A stretch of 64,000 nt of DNA from positions 352,001 through 416,000 of the forward strand of contig CAVVCZ010000005.1 in assembly GCA_963746845.1 (NCBI GenBank). Direction: 5' to 3'. The translations under genes were made by a program, and so were the position numbers. The notes under the pieces are model-generated. The model saw only the letters and a program-made list of their open reading frames with translations, was not told the DNA's origin and made no database searches. Each line of letters starts with the position of its first letter. Position 1 is the stretch's first letter. The DNA is from an uncultured Chloroflexia bacterium. GTDB taxonomy: Bacteria > Chloroflexota > Limnocylindria > Limnocylindrales > CSP1-4. Shown piece by piece: positions 36,608-47,330 of this stretch.

Positions 36608-38326
36608 GTGACCGCCCGACCGCGAACCGCCGCCCAGCTGCTCGTCGAGTGCCTCGCGGCCGAAGGCTGTGACTACGTCTTCTCGGTGCCCGGCGAGGAG
36701 ACGATGGACATCCTCGACGCGCTCGGCGGTGCCGCCGCGAGCGGAGCCCCGAACGCGCCCCGCCACATCACGACGCGGCACGAGCAGGGTGCCGCCTTCA
36801 TGGCCGACGTCCATGGCCGGCTGACCGGCCGGGCCGCCGTCGCGATGGCGACCCTCGGGCCGGGCGCCACGAACCTTGTCACGGGCGTCGCGGACGCGTA
36901 CCTGGATCACGCGCCGATGGTCGCGATCACGGGGCAGGCGAGCTCGGACAAGCTCCACAAGGAGGCCCACCAGGTCGTGGACATCGTCCGGATGATCGAG
37001 CCGGTGACGAAGTGGAACACCCGCGTCGAGCGGGTCGAGGCGATCCCGGAGATCGTCCGAAAGGCGTTCCGGCTGGCGACCCTCGAGAAGCCCGGGCCGA
37101 CGCACATCGAGCTGCCGGAGAACCTGGCCGCGGCCCCGGTCGCCGACACCGCCCGGCCGCTCACGCCGGGCCACTGGGACTTCCCCGAGCCGACCGACGA
37201 GGCGATCGCCGAGGCGGCGGAGCTGATCGCGACGTCGCAGCGACCGCTCGTCCTGGCGGGAAACGGGGTGCTCCGCCGCCGCGCATCCGGGGAGCTCCGC
37301 GCGTTCGCCCGCGGGCTCCACGTCCCGGTCGCGGTGACGTTCATGGGCAAGGGCGCGATCGACGATCGGTCGCATCTCAGCCTGATGGCCGTCGGCCTGC
37401 AGGCCCGCGACCACGTCCTGTCCGGGTTCGATCGGGCCGACCTCGTGATCTGTGTCGGCTACGACCTCGTCGAATACGCGCCGGCCCGCTGGAACCCCGA
37501 CGGAGGCAAGCGGATCGTCCACATCGACACGGCGCCGGCCGAGGTCGACGCCCAGTACGGCCCGGAGATCGAGCTCGTCGGGGACATCGACGGGACCCTG
37601 CGCCGGCTCCTCGCCGCGGTCCAGCCCCGGGGGATCAGCGGGCGCGACGCCGGGGAGCGGCACGAAGCCCGCGAGACGCTGGTCCACGCCGATCTCCGGA
37701 CCGCCCTCCTGGAGGAGCTCGCGGGGAGTGCCGGCACGTCGGACGGCGACCCGCTGGTCACGCCCCAGCGCGCGATCGCGGACCTGCGCGAGGCGCTCGG
37801 CCCCGACGACATCGTCGTGTCCGACGTCGGCGCCCACAAGGTCTGGGTCGCCCGGCTGTACCAGGCGTACGAGCCCAACACGGTGATCATCTCGAACGGG
37901 TTCGCGGCCATGGGCATCTCCGTCCCCGGCGCGATCGCGGCGAAGCTCGTCCACCCGGATCGCAAGGTCGTCGCCCTGTGCGGCGACGGTGGCTTCCTGA
38001 TGAACAGCCAGGAGCTCGAGACCGCGACGCGGATCGGCGCGAACATCACGGTCGTGATCTGGCGCGACGACGGCTACGGCCTGATCGACTGGAAGCAGCG
38101 CAACGAGTTCGGCCGGCCATTCGGGGTCGAGTTCGGCAACCCGGACTTCGTCGCCTATGCGGAGTCGTTCGGGATCGCCGGGTTCCGGCCGTCGACCGCC
38201 GCCGACCTGCTGCCGACGCTCCGGCGAGCGCTGGACGTCGACGGCCCGGCCCTCGTCGAGGTCCCGATCGACTACCGCGAGAACCTGCGCCTGACCGAGC
38301 ACCTCGGCGCGCTGTCCGGCGCCTGA
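36608..38326 (+). CDS. Acetolactate synthase large subunit-like ThDP enzyme
   Basis: FSVPGEE, TRHEQGAAFMA, TLGPGATN, SNGFAAMG, GDGGFLMN; no small subunit nearby. Confidence 0.9.
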   Translation: MTARPRTAAQLLVECLAAEGCDYVFSVPGEETMDILDALGGAAASGAPNAPRHITTRHEQGAAFMADVHGRLTGRAAVAMATLGPGATNLVTGVADAYLDHAPMVAITGQASSDKLHKEAHQVVDIVRMIEPVTKWNTRVERVEAIPEIVRKAFRLATLEKPGPTHIELPENLAAAPVADTARPLTPGHWDFPEPTDEAIAEAAELIATSQRPLVLAGNGVLRRRASGELRAFARGLHVPVAVTFMGKGAIDDRSHLSLMAVGLQARDHVLSGFDRADLVICVGYDLVEYAPARWNPDGGKRIVHIDTAPAEVDAQYGPEIELVGDIDGTLRRLLAAVQPRGISGRDAGERHEARETLVHADLRTALLEELAGSAGTSDGDPLVTPQRAIADLREALGPDDIVVSDVGAHKVWVARLYQAYEPNTVIISNGFAAMGISVPGAIAAKLVHPDRKVVALCGDGGFLMNSQELETATRIGANITVVIWRDDGYGLIDWKQRNEFGRPFGVEFGNPDFVAYAESFGIAGFRPSTAADLLPTLRRALDVDGPALVEVPIDYRENLRLTEHLGALSGA

Positions 38327-38346
38327 CCGAGGACCGGACCGGGACC

Positions 38347-39075
38347 GTGGCCGCCCTCCGCTCGTTGATCGGCCGGATGTTCACGATGCCGTCGTACCCG
38401 CCGGAGCCGGCGGATCTCCGGACGTTCCGCCTCGCCGGGCTCGAGCTGCCGGTCCGCTCGACCGTCGTCGTCGTCGTCACGATCCTCGTCGTCATCTTCG
38501 ACTTCCAGCGGACGCTGATCCCGGACGACCTCCTCCGCTACGACCGCAATCCGGGCGAGCAGCGGCTCCAGGCGCTGAGCCGCGTCGTCCTGTTCTTCGT
38601 CGTGCCGATGCTGGTGGTGCTGATCGGGTTCCGCGACAGGCCCCGTCGCTACGGGCTGCAGCTCGGCGACTGGCGGTGGGGCCTCGGGCTGGCCGTCGTC
38701 GGGGCGGCCGTGATGACGCCGATCGTGCTGATCCTCTCGGGCCAGCCCGACTTCCGCGCCTACTACGCGCCCTCGAACGAGCCCCTGCCCGGGCTGCTCC
38801 TGACGAACACGCTCGACCTGTTCTCGACCGAGTTCCTGTACCGCGGCTTCCTGATGCTCGCGCTTGCCCGCTTCTTCGGGCCGGTCGCGCTCGTCATCGC
38901 GCTCTTCCCGTTCACGTTCACCCACCTGACCAAGCCCGAGACCGAGCTGCTCTCGACGTTCGTGGGCGGCGCGATCTACGGCTGGCTCACGTGGCGGACG
39001 CGCTCGATCGTGTGGGGTGCCGCGGCCCACGTGTACATCGTGACCCTGGTGATCGTGGCGGCCGGGAACGGCTGA
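38347..39075 (+). CDS. CPBP family intramembrane glutamic endopeptidase (CAAX/Abi)
   Basis: TM helices; STEFLYRGFL, FTHLTKP, WRTRSIVWGAAAH; alternative start ATG 38377. Confidence 0.85.
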   Translation: MAALRSLIGRMFTMPSYPPEPADLRTFRLAGLELPVRSTVVVVVTILVVIFDFQRTLIPDDLLRYDRNPGEQRLQALSRVVLFFVVPMLVVLIGFRDRPRRYGLQLGDWRWGLGLAVVGAAVMTPIVLILSGQPDFRAYYAPSNEPLPGLLLTNTLDLFSTEFLYRGFLMLALARFFGPVALVIALFPFTFTHLTKPETELLSTFVGGAIYGWLTWRTRSIVWGAAAHVYIVTLVIVAAGNG

Positions 39076-39078
39076 GGC

Positions 39079-39813
39079 TCAGAGGCGGGGCGGCCCGTCG
39101 AACAGCTCCCCGTCCCGGAGCTCGAGGACCCGGTCGGCCACGTCGAGCATCACCGGGTCGTGGGTCGCGACGATCGCGGTCACGCCCTCGGTCCGGACGA
39201 CGTCCCGGAGCAGCATCATGATCACGTGGCCGGTCTCCGAGTCGAGCTGGCCGGTCGGCTCGTCGGCGAGCAGGATCCGCGGCCGGTTCGCGAGCGCCCG
39301 GGCGATCGCCACGCGCTGCTGCTCGCCACCGGACAGCTCGTGCGGCCGGTGCTTCATCCGCCCGCCGAGGCCGACCATCTCGAGGAGCTCGCGGACCCGC
39401 TGGTCGCGGACCTTGCCGTCGGTCTTGACGAGCCGGAGCGGAACCTCGACGTTCTCGGCCGCCGACAGGATCGGGACGAGCCCGAACGCCTGGAAGATGA
39501 ACGCGACGGACCGCCGGCGCACGTCCACCAGCTCGTCCTCGCTCATCGCGCTGACCTCGTGGCCGTCGATGACGACCTGGCCGGAGGTCGGGTGGTCGAG
39601 GCCGCCGAGGATGTTCAGGAGCGTCGTCTTGCCGCTTCCCGACCTGCCCCGGACGGCGATCAGGCGTCCGGCGTCGGCGGTGAGGCTCACGCCCCGGAGC
39701 GCGTGGATGATCGTGTCGCCCGACGGGTAGTCGCGGACGACGTCGATCGCGCGGAGGATCGGATCGGAACCGGCGCCACCGGTGGCCGGGTGGGCCATGT
39801 CGAGGGTCGTCAT
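39079..39813 (-). CDS. ABC transporter ATP-binding protein (LolD/MacB-like)
   Basis: GRSGSGKTT, LSGGEQQR, LADEPTGQLD, ATHD. Confidence 0.93.
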   Translation of the reverse strand: MTTLDMAHPATGGAGSDPILRAIDVVRDYPSGDTIIHALRGVSLTADAGRLIAVRGRSGSGKTTLLNILGGLDHPTSGQVVIDGHEVSAMSEDELVDVRRRSVAFIFQAFGLVPILSAAENVEVPLRLVKTDGKVRDQRVRELLEMVGLGGRMKHRPHELSGGEQQRVAIARALANRPRILLADEPTGQLDSETGHVIMMLLRDVVRTEGVTAIVATHDPVMLDVADRVLELRDGELFDGPPRL

Positions 39814-40922
39814 CGGTCGGCCTCCCGGTCGGCCGGCCGGGCGGGCGGCGGCGCGTCCGCGTCCGGCCAGATCTCGACGTGGTCGTCCTCGAGCCGCAGC
39901 CGGACCCGGTCCTTGAGCCCGAGGGCCGCGACATGGGCCTTCGGGAGCTGCAGCCGGCCGGCCCGGTCGAGGACCGCGAACTCCTCGCTGATCAGGGTGT
40001 GCTCACCGGTCTCGGAGACCGAGCGCCGGCGGACCGTCTCGGTCGAGGTCCGGCCGTCGCGGATCGCGACCGTCCGCTGGACCTGCTCGGACACGAGCGG
40101 GTCGTGGGTGACGATCACGATCGTCGTCCCGAGCTCCTCGTTCACCCGTCGGAGCAGGCCGAAGATCTCGTGGGACGTCGTCGTGTCGAGCTCGCCCGTC
40201 GGCTCGTCGGCGAACAGGACCTCGGGCTCGTTCGCGAGGGCGACCGCGATCGCGACCCGTTGCTGCTCGCCGCCGGACAGCCGTTCCGGGCGGTGGTCGA
40301 GACGCTCGCCGAGCCCGACGAGCTCGAGCAGCAGGCGGGCGCGCTCCGGGCGCTTCGGCCGCCCGTCCAGGGTCATCGGCAGCTCGACGTTCTCCTGCGC
40401 GGTCAGGTACGGCAGGAGGTTCCGCGCCGTCTGCTGCCAGATCATCCCGACGACGCGCCGGCGGTAGCGGGTCCGCTCGCGCCGGCCCAGCTGGCCGAGG
40501 TCGTGTCCGGCGACGACCGCGCGCCCGGCGGACGGCGTGTCGAGCCCGCCGAGGATGTTGAGGAGCGTCGACTTGCCGCTCCCCGACGCGCCGACGATCG
40601 CGATCATCTCGCCGACGCCCACGACGAGGTCCAGGCCCTGGAGCGCGACGACCTCGAGGTCGGCGACCTTGTAGATCCGGACGAGCCCCTCGCACACGAT
40701 CTGGCGACCGTCGCCGGCCCGGGCGATCGTCCGCTTCCGGCCGGGCGCCGCGAGGCTGGGCAGCGTGGGCGCCACCGGCGCGGCCGGATCGATGACCGGC
40801 GCGTCGCCGAACCGGCCGGTCCCGACCGTCGAGCCGGGGGCGACCGCCGTCCCGCCGGACCGTCCGCTCGGCGGCAGGTCGACGATCTCGGCCCGGCCGA
40901 GGGGTTCCCGATCGTCGGTCAT
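39810..40922 (-). CDS. ABC transporter ATP-binding protein with C-terminal AbrB-like domain
   Basis: GASGSGKST, LSGGEQQR, ADEPTGELD; tail EEFAVLDRAGRLQLPKAHVAALGL...VEIWP. Confidence 0.9.
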   Translation of the reverse strand: MTDDREPLGRAEIVDLPPSGRSGGTAVAPGSTVGTGRFGDAPVIDPAAPVAPTLPSLAAPGRKRTIARAGDGRQIVCEGLVRIYKVADLEVVALQGLDLVVGVGEMIAIVGASGSGKSTLLNILGGLDTPSAGRAVVAGHDLGQLGRRERTRYRRRVVGMIWQQTARNLLPYLTAQENVELPMTLDGRPKRPERARLLLELVGLGERLDHRPERLSGGEQQRVAIAVALANEPEVLFADEPTGELDTTTSHEIFGLLRRVNEELGTTIVIVTHDPLVSEQVQRTVAIRDGRTSTETVRRRSVSETGEHTLISEEFAVLDRAGRLQLPKAHVAALGLKDRVRLRLEDDHVEIWPDADAPPPARPADREADR

Positions 40923-40952
40923 GACGTCCTCACGCTGTCGACCATACCCGCC

Positions 40953-43745
40953 TCACTCCATTCCACGCCGGAGCGCCGCGACCGGCGCGCCGCGGCGCTG
41001 GGCCCACGCGGCCAGGGCGATGCCGATCGCCGCGATCGCGAGCACGCCGCCGAGGATCAGGGCGAGCTGGAGCGGATCGGCGGACAGCGGCACCTCGAGT
41101 CGTGCCCCGACGAGCGCGTCCAGCCCGAGCCCGGGCTCCAGCAGGGCGAACAGCCCGAGCCCGAGCGCGACGCCGACCAGGAAGGCGATGAGCACGGTCG
41201 GGCCGTGCTCGAGGATGGCCAGACCGGCGGCGTCGCGTCGCGACAGGCCGACCATCCGGAGGTGGGCGACCTCGGTGGCCCGTGACGCCCCGGACAGTGC
41301 CAGCGCGGCGGTGACCGCGAGGGCGGCGTAGACCGCCGCCACGAGCGCGGCAATCGCGATCCCCGCAACGATCGCCGCCGTCACCGGGGAGTCGGTGAAC
41401 GCGGTTGCGAACGTCGCCCGGCTCTCGACCACCGCCGACGGCACCTGGGCGGTGACCGCGGCACGGAGCTCGGCGCCGTCGCCGTCCGGCGCCTGGAGGA
41501 ACAGGCTCGAGAGGGCGAGCGGCGCATCCGGGTGGACGGCCTTAAGCTGCTGGCGCGACACGATCGCGAAGACCGCGTCCGGGTCCATCGTCGGGAAGGT
41601 CGCCCGCGTGTCGACCCCGCGGACCTGGTAGTGGTAACCCTCGACGACGATCTCGAACGGCTTCCCGACCGGCGCGCCGTCGGTGCGATCGGCGACGGTC
41701 CGGGACAGGAGGATCGGGACGACCTTGTCCGCGGGCAGGTCACCGAGCATCGCCGGTGGTGCCGCGGGGTCCGCCGGCGTCCCGCGGACGATCGACTCGT
41801 ACGCCGCGAGGTCCACGGCGAGCAGCTGGATCCGGAGGTTCCGCGGACCCACCGGCACGAGCGTCTTGAACAGCCCGGCCGCCGCGGTCACACCCGGCAG
41901 CTTCAGCGGATCGACGGTCGTCGGCAGGGTCCCGACCTGGGCCGTGGCCCGGAACGGGGCCCCGATCGCGTGCCACGCGGCCGCCGTGCTCGCACGGTCG
42001 AGATGGACCAGCGCGGCCGACGAGAACGCGCCGATCGAGGCCGTCGCGAGGAGCACGAGCAGCACCGCGGCCGTCGTCCCGCCCACGGCGGCCCGGCGGA
42101 ATGCGAGGATCGGGACGAGGCCGAGCCGGCGCGCCCCGAGCCGGCCGAGGAACCGGAGCGGGATCGGCACCAGGACGATCGCGGCCAGCCCGACGGCGAT
42201 CCCCGCGAGCGCGGGCACCGCGGCGATCAGCGGGTCGGCGGAGGCGAGCGAGCCGGTGCTGCTCGCGCCCTTGACCCCACGCTCCCGGAGCAGGTACGCC
42301 CCGGCGCCGGCGAGCACGACGACGACCCCGTAGAGGATCAGCCGGCGCGCCGAGATGCCCCGGGGCGGGTCGTCGTCCCGCGCGCCGCGGGCGGCGGCGC
42401 CCACGCCCCGGACGGCGGTCACGATCAACAGCCCGATCGCGATCGCCCCGACCAGGGTCGCCGCGATGACCGTCGACCGGTTGCTGCCGGTGGGGATCAG
42501 GAGGATCGACAGGAGGATCGCGAGACCGACTGCCGGGATCGCGATCACGCAGCCCTCGAGGAGGACCGCCCGGACGATCTGGCCGACGGTCCCGCCACGG
42601 CCCCGGACGAGCGCCAGGGCCGGCCGGCGACGCCGCGCGGCCATCATCGCCACGAGCCCGAGCGCGGCGAACGCGACGATCGCCGGGCCGATCGCGACGA
42701 CCGTCAGGATCGCCGACGCGGACGCCCAGCGCGCCTGGTGGGTGACGAGGAGTGGCAGCAGCCCGCTCCGCATCGCGGCCCCGGTGAGGGCGTTCGTCGT
42801 CACCTGGGTCTGCGGGAAGGTCGTCTCCAGGCGCCGCAGGTCGAGGATCAGGGGATCCAGCTCGGCCGCGGCGAGCCGATCCGTCGCGAGGAAGTGCCGC
42901 CAGGCGTAGCGGAGCGGCGCGCCGGCGCTCGCGATCGCCTGGACCATCCCGTCGTAGGCGTCGTCGGCCATCAGCGCCCCGACGTCGATGAACTTCGCGT
43001 CGCCGCCGGGTGAGCGGATCGAGACGTCCGCGATCGACTGGTCGTCGTACCAGAACGGGTCGGTCGGGTCATCGACCTCGAACACGCCCGTGATCTCGAT
43101 CGCGGCGAGTCCCTGGACCCGCGACGACAGCGGGTCGCGCGGGTCGATCGACAGGAACAGGACGTCGCCGGCGGACGCGTCGATCTGATGGGCGGCCGGG
43201 GCGGCGATCGCGGCCTGGAGCACGAGCACCTTGACCGGCTCCGTCGAGGGCGGATCGGTCGGGGGCACGAGGTGGGCGAGGTCCGGCGGCAGGTCGACCG
43301 TCCGGGTCGTCGCCGTCGGCGCCGACCCCGCCACGTAGTGGATCCGCGTCGATGCGCCGGGCTGGATCCGGAAGCGGATGAACGACGGGTCCGGGGTCGT
43401 CGCCTGGATCGAGAACCGCGGTGTGTCGATGACGACCTTCCGCTCGCCGATCAGGCCCTGGACGGCCGCCGGCATCCGCCCGTCGAGCCGGTCGCCCTCC
43501 TCGTCGACCTGTCGGAGCGGCTCCGACGGGTCCGCCGACAGCCCCGTCTCCTCGACGAGGGAGACATTCCGATCGAACGCCGACGCTTGCGCCACGACGC
43601 CCCGGAGCGCGTCGTCGGCGACCCGGTCGAGCAGGCGCGGCGCGATCCCGAACACCGTCGCGGTGACGAGGATGAGCAGGCCGAGCCCGAGCGCCGGTGC
43701 CCGGTCGTCGCGGAGGCGGCGGAGCGCGACGAGGATCGATGACAT
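40953..43745 (-). CDS. Large FtsX-like ABC transporter permease
   Basis: Two FtsX modules (ALVRGRGG; AHLRMVGLSR) with large extracellular loops. Confidence 0.87.
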   Translation of the reverse strand: MSSILVALRRLRDDRAPALGLGLLILVTATVFGIAPRLLDRVADDALRGVVAQASAFDRNVSLVEETGLSADPSEPLRQVDEEGDRLDGRMPAAVQGLIGERKVVIDTPRFSIQATTPDPSFIRFRIQPGASTRIHYVAGSAPTATTRTVDLPPDLAHLVPPTDPPSTEPVKVLVLQAAIAAPAAHQIDASAGDVLFLSIDPRDPLSSRVQGLAAIEITGVFEVDDPTDPFWYDDQSIADVSIRSPGGDAKFIDVGALMADDAYDGMVQAIASAGAPLRYAWRHFLATDRLAAAELDPLILDLRRLETTFPQTQVTTNALTGAAMRSGLLPLLVTHQARWASASAILTVVAIGPAIVAFAALGLVAMMAARRRRPALALVRGRGGTVGQIVRAVLLEGCVIAIPAVGLAILLSILLIPTGSNRSTVIAATLVGAIAIGLLIVTAVRGVGAAARGARDDDPPRGISARRLILYGVVVVLAGAGAYLLRERGVKGASSTGSLASADPLIAAVPALAGIAVGLAAIVLVPIPLRFLGRLGARRLGLVPILAFRRAAVGGTTAAVLLVLLATASIGAFSSAALVHLDRASTAAAWHAIGAPFRATAQVGTLPTTVDPLKLPGVTAAAGLFKTLVPVGPRNLRIQLLAVDLAAYESIVRGTPADPAAPPAMLGDLPADKVVPILLSRTVADRTDGAPVGKPFEIVVEGYHYQVRGVDTRATFPTMDPDAVFAIVSRQQLKAVHPDAPLALSSLFLQAPDGDGAELRAAVTAQVPSAVVESRATFATAFTDSPVTAAIVAGIAIAALVAAVYAALAVTAALALSGASRATEVAHLRMVGLSRRDAAGLAILEHGPTVLIAFLVGVALGLGLFALLEPGLGLDALVGARLEVPLSADPLQLALILGGVLAIAAIGIALAAWAQRRGAPVAALRRGME

Positions 43746-43751
43746 CGGTCG

Positions 43752-46700
43752 TCAGCTCTCCCGCGCGCGCAGGACGCCGCTGATCCGGATGTCCGGCAGC
43801 TGCCGGCGGGTGAGCCAGAGGCTGATGACGAACAGGACGAGCGCGGCCACGTAGACCGGCAGGATCGCCTCCCACGGGATGACGACGACCGGTGCAGGCA
43901 CCGGCGCGAGCCCGGTCTGGGCCAGGGTCGCGAACGGCAGCACGAGCCACGCGAGGAGGAGCCCGAGGAGCGTCCCCGCGACGAGGCCCACGACGAGCAG
44001 GAAGACGCTCTCGATCGAGAGCCACAGCGACAGCTGGCTCGTCGAGAGGCCGAGCGCCCGGAGCAGCGCGAACTCGCCGACCCGTTCGCTGGTCGACACG
44101 GTCGAGCTGACGAGGAAGCCGATCCCGGCGAAGAGCATCGCGGCGATCGACCCGAGGCCGAGGACACCGATCAGCCCGAGCGGCACGGGATCCGTCGTCA
44201 GCGCGCGCGTCAGCTCCGTGCGCCCGATGACGCTCGACGTGCCGGCCGACTGGCTCCGGAGCGCGGCGAGGACCCCCGGCTCGGAGCCCGGGGCGACCCG
44301 CAGCCACCACTCGTCGGCCCCGGACGTCTGTCCGGTCGCGATGAAGCGGGACACGTCGACGTCGGCGATCAGGGCGATCGCGATCGGCTTGTCCGGATCG
44401 AACGGGGCGAACATCGGGGTCGTGCCGACGATGCGGACGTTGACCGGCCGGCCGAGGCTGGACAGCTGGAGCTCGTCGCCGATCGAGCTGCCGGTCCGGG
44501 TCATCAGCGCGTCGGACGCGATGATCGGGATCGAGACCTCGTCCGGGTCGCCGGACCCACCGAAGCCGGCCGGGCCCGCGAAGAGTCGGTACACGACCCC
44601 GGAGCTGCCGCCCCCGAAGAACGGCTGGCTGTTGCTCACGGCGATCCGGTTCGGACGCGCCGGCACCGGCCGGAACGTGTCCGTCCGCTCGGCGTCGATC
44701 CGCGCCCACTGCCAGCCGTCCGCGGCGGCGTCGATCGTCACCGGGGCCCAGCCCGTCTCCCCCGTTGCGGCGTCCGTCACCTCGAGTCCGGTGATCTCCG
44801 CCGCCCCGAAGATCGGGATCTGCTCCGTCGGCGCGATCGACAGCTCGACGGCCTCGAGTGACAGAGGCGCCGTCGGCAGGAGCCCGGGCGCCGACGGGTC
44901 GCCGAGATCGATGACGATCCGCTGCGGCGGACCGGACAGCGAGCCGGCGACGGCGGCGGTCCGCCACAGGCGGCCGTCGCCGTCGCGGAGCACCGCGTCC
45001 GCGCTGAACCCGGCGGTCCCCGGCGGGAGGTCGGTCGCCGTCGGCTCCTCGGTCGTGGTGTCGATCTGCTGGAAGGCGACGTCGACGGTCAGGGCGATCC
45101 GAGCCGGCCGGCCGGGCAGGGCGATCGCCGGCGATGGCGATTCGGCGGCCCGCAACGGACCGAGTGCGTCGGTCGCCGCCGTCCAGTCCGAGCCGCGCGG
45201 CGGTGTCGTCGCGATCTCGCCGGCAGCGGTGGGATCCACCCCGACCAAGGTGCTCTCGCGGACGGTCCGACCGATGTCGAACGGTGACGTGATCAGGGGC
45301 GTGGCGGCGGTCACGCCGGGGATCGCCCGGTATGTCGGCCCGGCGGCCCATGTCGGCAGCGAGGTGTAGTCGGACGGCAGCGCCCGAACGTCGCCAACGG
45401 CCTGGTACGCGGCCTGATCGGCCTGCGACCGGGTCCACGTCGCGGCGTGCGCGGCGGCCAGCGTCCCGAGCGCGGCCGCGAGCATCAGGAGCAGCGCGGC
45501 TCGCGTGTAGCGCAGGGGCCGGCGGGCCAGCTGTCGACCGCCGAGCGACCCGACGAGCCCGCGGCCACGGACGAGGAATCGCTCCCCGAGCTCGGCGACG
45601 CGGGGCACGATCCGGAGGGCAAGGACCGCGCCCGCGATCAGCCCGATCGCCGGCGCCGCGACGAGCAGCGGGTCCAGGCCGAGCGTGCCGCGCGCGTTCA
45701 CCGTCAAGGGCGCGCCGTACAACCGGAGCTGCCACAGCGCCACGGCCGCGACCGCCACGAGGGCGAGGTCCAGCCCGAGCCGCTGCGGCAGGGTGGTTCG
45801 CGCCTGTCGCCCCTGGGCGGCGCGCGCGCCGGCCGGGCTGGCGGACACGAACAGTGTCGGCAGCGTGAGCGCGACGATGCACGCGAGCCCGGCGACGATC
45901 GACACGACGATCGCCGTCTGGCTGATCGCGGCGTTGTCCGCCAGCCCGAGCCCCGCCGTCGGACCGACCGAGCCGAGCACGTTCACGATCGCCAGGGCGA
46001 GCAACGGCGCCAGGATCGCCGCCGGCACCGCGAGGAGCGTCGACTCGAGGACCGCCATCCGCGTGAGGTGGCTGCCGCTGGCCCCCCGCGAGCGCATCAG
46101 GGCGATCTCCGACCGGCGTCGCTCGACGAGCAGGCCCGCCACGAGGATCACCGCGTAGCCGGCGAGGATCGCGAACTGGATCGTCAGGAGGATGACCCCG
46201 CTCCGGCTGACCAGCACGCTCCGTCCGACACCGTCGAGCAGCTGCGGCAGGGTCGTCGTGACCCGCGGGCTCGTGCCGGCCGGCAGGAGGCCGCGCAGGC
46301 GCGCAGCCAGGTCGTCCGCGCCGGCCCGGAGGGCGTCGACATCGTCGACCCGCAGCGACGCCACGTCCGGGAGCCCGCGCCAGTCGATCGCGAGCCGACG
46401 CCCGCCACCGAGCGTGACGAGGTCCGCCTCGCGGATCACCAGCGGACCACGGGAGGTGTAGGTGCCGCTGCCGCTCGTGACTCCGGTCGTCTCGAGCGTG
46501 TCGCCCAGGAAGAGCGCATCACTCGGGTCCACCTGCCAGATGCCGACGATCGCAACATCGACGTGGAGCGAGGCATCCAGCCGGCTCACGAGCGACAGGC
46601 GATCGCCGACGGTCAGGTGCATCTGACGGGCGGCGGCATCGGAGACGACCGCCTGGAGCGGCGTTCCCCCGGCCGTCGGCCAGGCGCCCTCGAGCAGGGT

Positions 46701-47099
46701 CGCGCGACGCTCGATCCCGTCGACGCTCGCGAACTCGGTCAGGTCGTGCACCTGATCCGGAGGGGTTGCCGCGTCGGCGTACGAGCCGGACGCCGTGATC
46801 CGGTAGACCGATCCTCCGGTCGCAGCCATCGCCCGGTCGAGCTCGGGACGGACGATGGCGTCGAGGCTCTCGAGCCGGTCCGGCTCGGACGACAGGGACA
46901 CGACCATCGCGCGCGTGGCGGGCGGCGCGGCGAGGATCGCGCGGTGGAGACCGCCTGCGGCCACGGCGTCGCCGTACACGACGCCCGTCGCGAGGAGCGT
47001 CGTCGCGCAGATCAGCAGCACGAGCGCGGCGAGCACGACCGGCCAATCGGCGAGGCTGCGCTGCACGACCGCGCCTGCCAGGCCGGTCCGGGGGGTCAC
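43752..47099 (-). CDS. Large FtsX-like ABC transporter permease
   Basis: ERRRSEIALMRSRGAS and ERVGEFALLRALGLS FtsX motifs. Confidence 0.88.
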   Translation of the reverse strand: MTPRTGLAGAVVQRSLADWPVVLAALVLLICATTLLATGVVYGDAVAAGGLHRAILAAPPATRAMVVSLSSEPDRLESLDAIVRPELDRAMAATGGSVYRITASGSYADAATPPDQVHDLTEFASVDGIERRATLLEGAWPTAGGTPLQAVVSDAAARQMHLTVGDRLSLVSRLDASLHVDVAIVGIWQVDPSDALFLGDTLETTGVTSGSGTYTSRGPLVIREADLVTLGGGRRLAIDWRGLPDVASLRVDDVDALRAGADDLAARLRGLLPAGTSPRVTTTLPQLLDGVGRSVLVSRSGVILLTIQFAILAGYAVILVAGLLVERRRSEIALMRSRGASGSHLTRMAVLESTLLAVPAAILAPLLALAIVNVLGSVGPTAGLGLADNAAISQTAIVVSIVAGLACIVALTLPTLFVSASPAGARAAQGRQARTTLPQRLGLDLALVAVAAVALWQLRLYGAPLTVNARGTLGLDPLLVAAPAIGLIAGAVLALRIVPRVAELGERFLVRGRGLVGSLGGRQLARRPLRYTRAALLLMLAAALGTLAAAHAATWTRSQADQAAYQAVGDVRALPSDYTSLPTWAAGPTYRAIPGVTAATPLITSPFDIGRTVRESTLVGVDPTAAGEIATTPPRGSDWTAATDALGPLRAAESPSPAIALPGRPARIALTVDVAFQQIDTTTEEPTATDLPPGTAGFSADAVLRDGDGRLWRTAAVAGSLSGPPQRIVIDLGDPSAPGLLPTAPLSLEAVELSIAPTEQIPIFGAAEITGLEVTDAATGETGWAPVTIDAAADGWQWARIDAERTDTFRPVPARPNRIAVSNSQPFFGGGSSGVVYRLFAGPAGFGGSGDPDEVSIPIIASDALMTRTGSSIGDELQLSSLGRPVNVRIVGTTPMFAPFDPDKPIAIALIADVDVSRFIATGQTSGADEWWLRVAPGSEPGVLAALRSQSAGTSSVIGRTELTRALTTDPVPLGLIGVLGLGSIAAMLFAGIGFLVSSTVSTSERVGEFALLRALGLSTSQLSLWLSIESVFLLVVGLVAGTLLGLLLAWLVLPFATLAQTGLAPVPAPVVVIPWEAILPVYVAALVLFVISLWLTRRQLPDIRISGVLRARES

Positions 47100-47260
47100 G
47101 TCTGCTCGTCTCCCGCTCGTGTCAGACGTCGGATATCAGTGCATACACCGCTCGGAGCGGCGCGGGTTCACGTCAGGAAACGAGCCCGCGAAGGGTAGCG
47201 CATGCGGCGTGTCCGCCCGCCAGGCCGGGTTCGGGGGACGGCGACGCCGGCAGACAACGA

Positions 47261-47288
47261 CGCCGGCCGACCCGAAGGCCGACCGGCG
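47261..47288 (-). terminator. Terminator-like hairpin with a C(UUCG)G tetraloop after the F420-oxidoreductase gene
   Basis: Minus strand CGCCGGTCGGCC-TTCG-GGTCGGCCGGCG followed by TCGTTGTCT. Confidence 0.7.
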
Positions 47289-47330
47289 CCGAGGTTCCCC
47301 CCTGGGCGACGGGCGCTGCCCGCCGCGAGA

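Noticed and set aside
38347-39075. Abi-family protein as abortive-infection defence
   Set aside because: CPBP/CAAX protease family; the Abi name is historical and there is no defence context.
47100-47215. Riboswitch upstream of the FtsX operon
   Set aside because: Only one or two simple hairpins; no recognisable aptamer consensus. An Rfam search would be needed.
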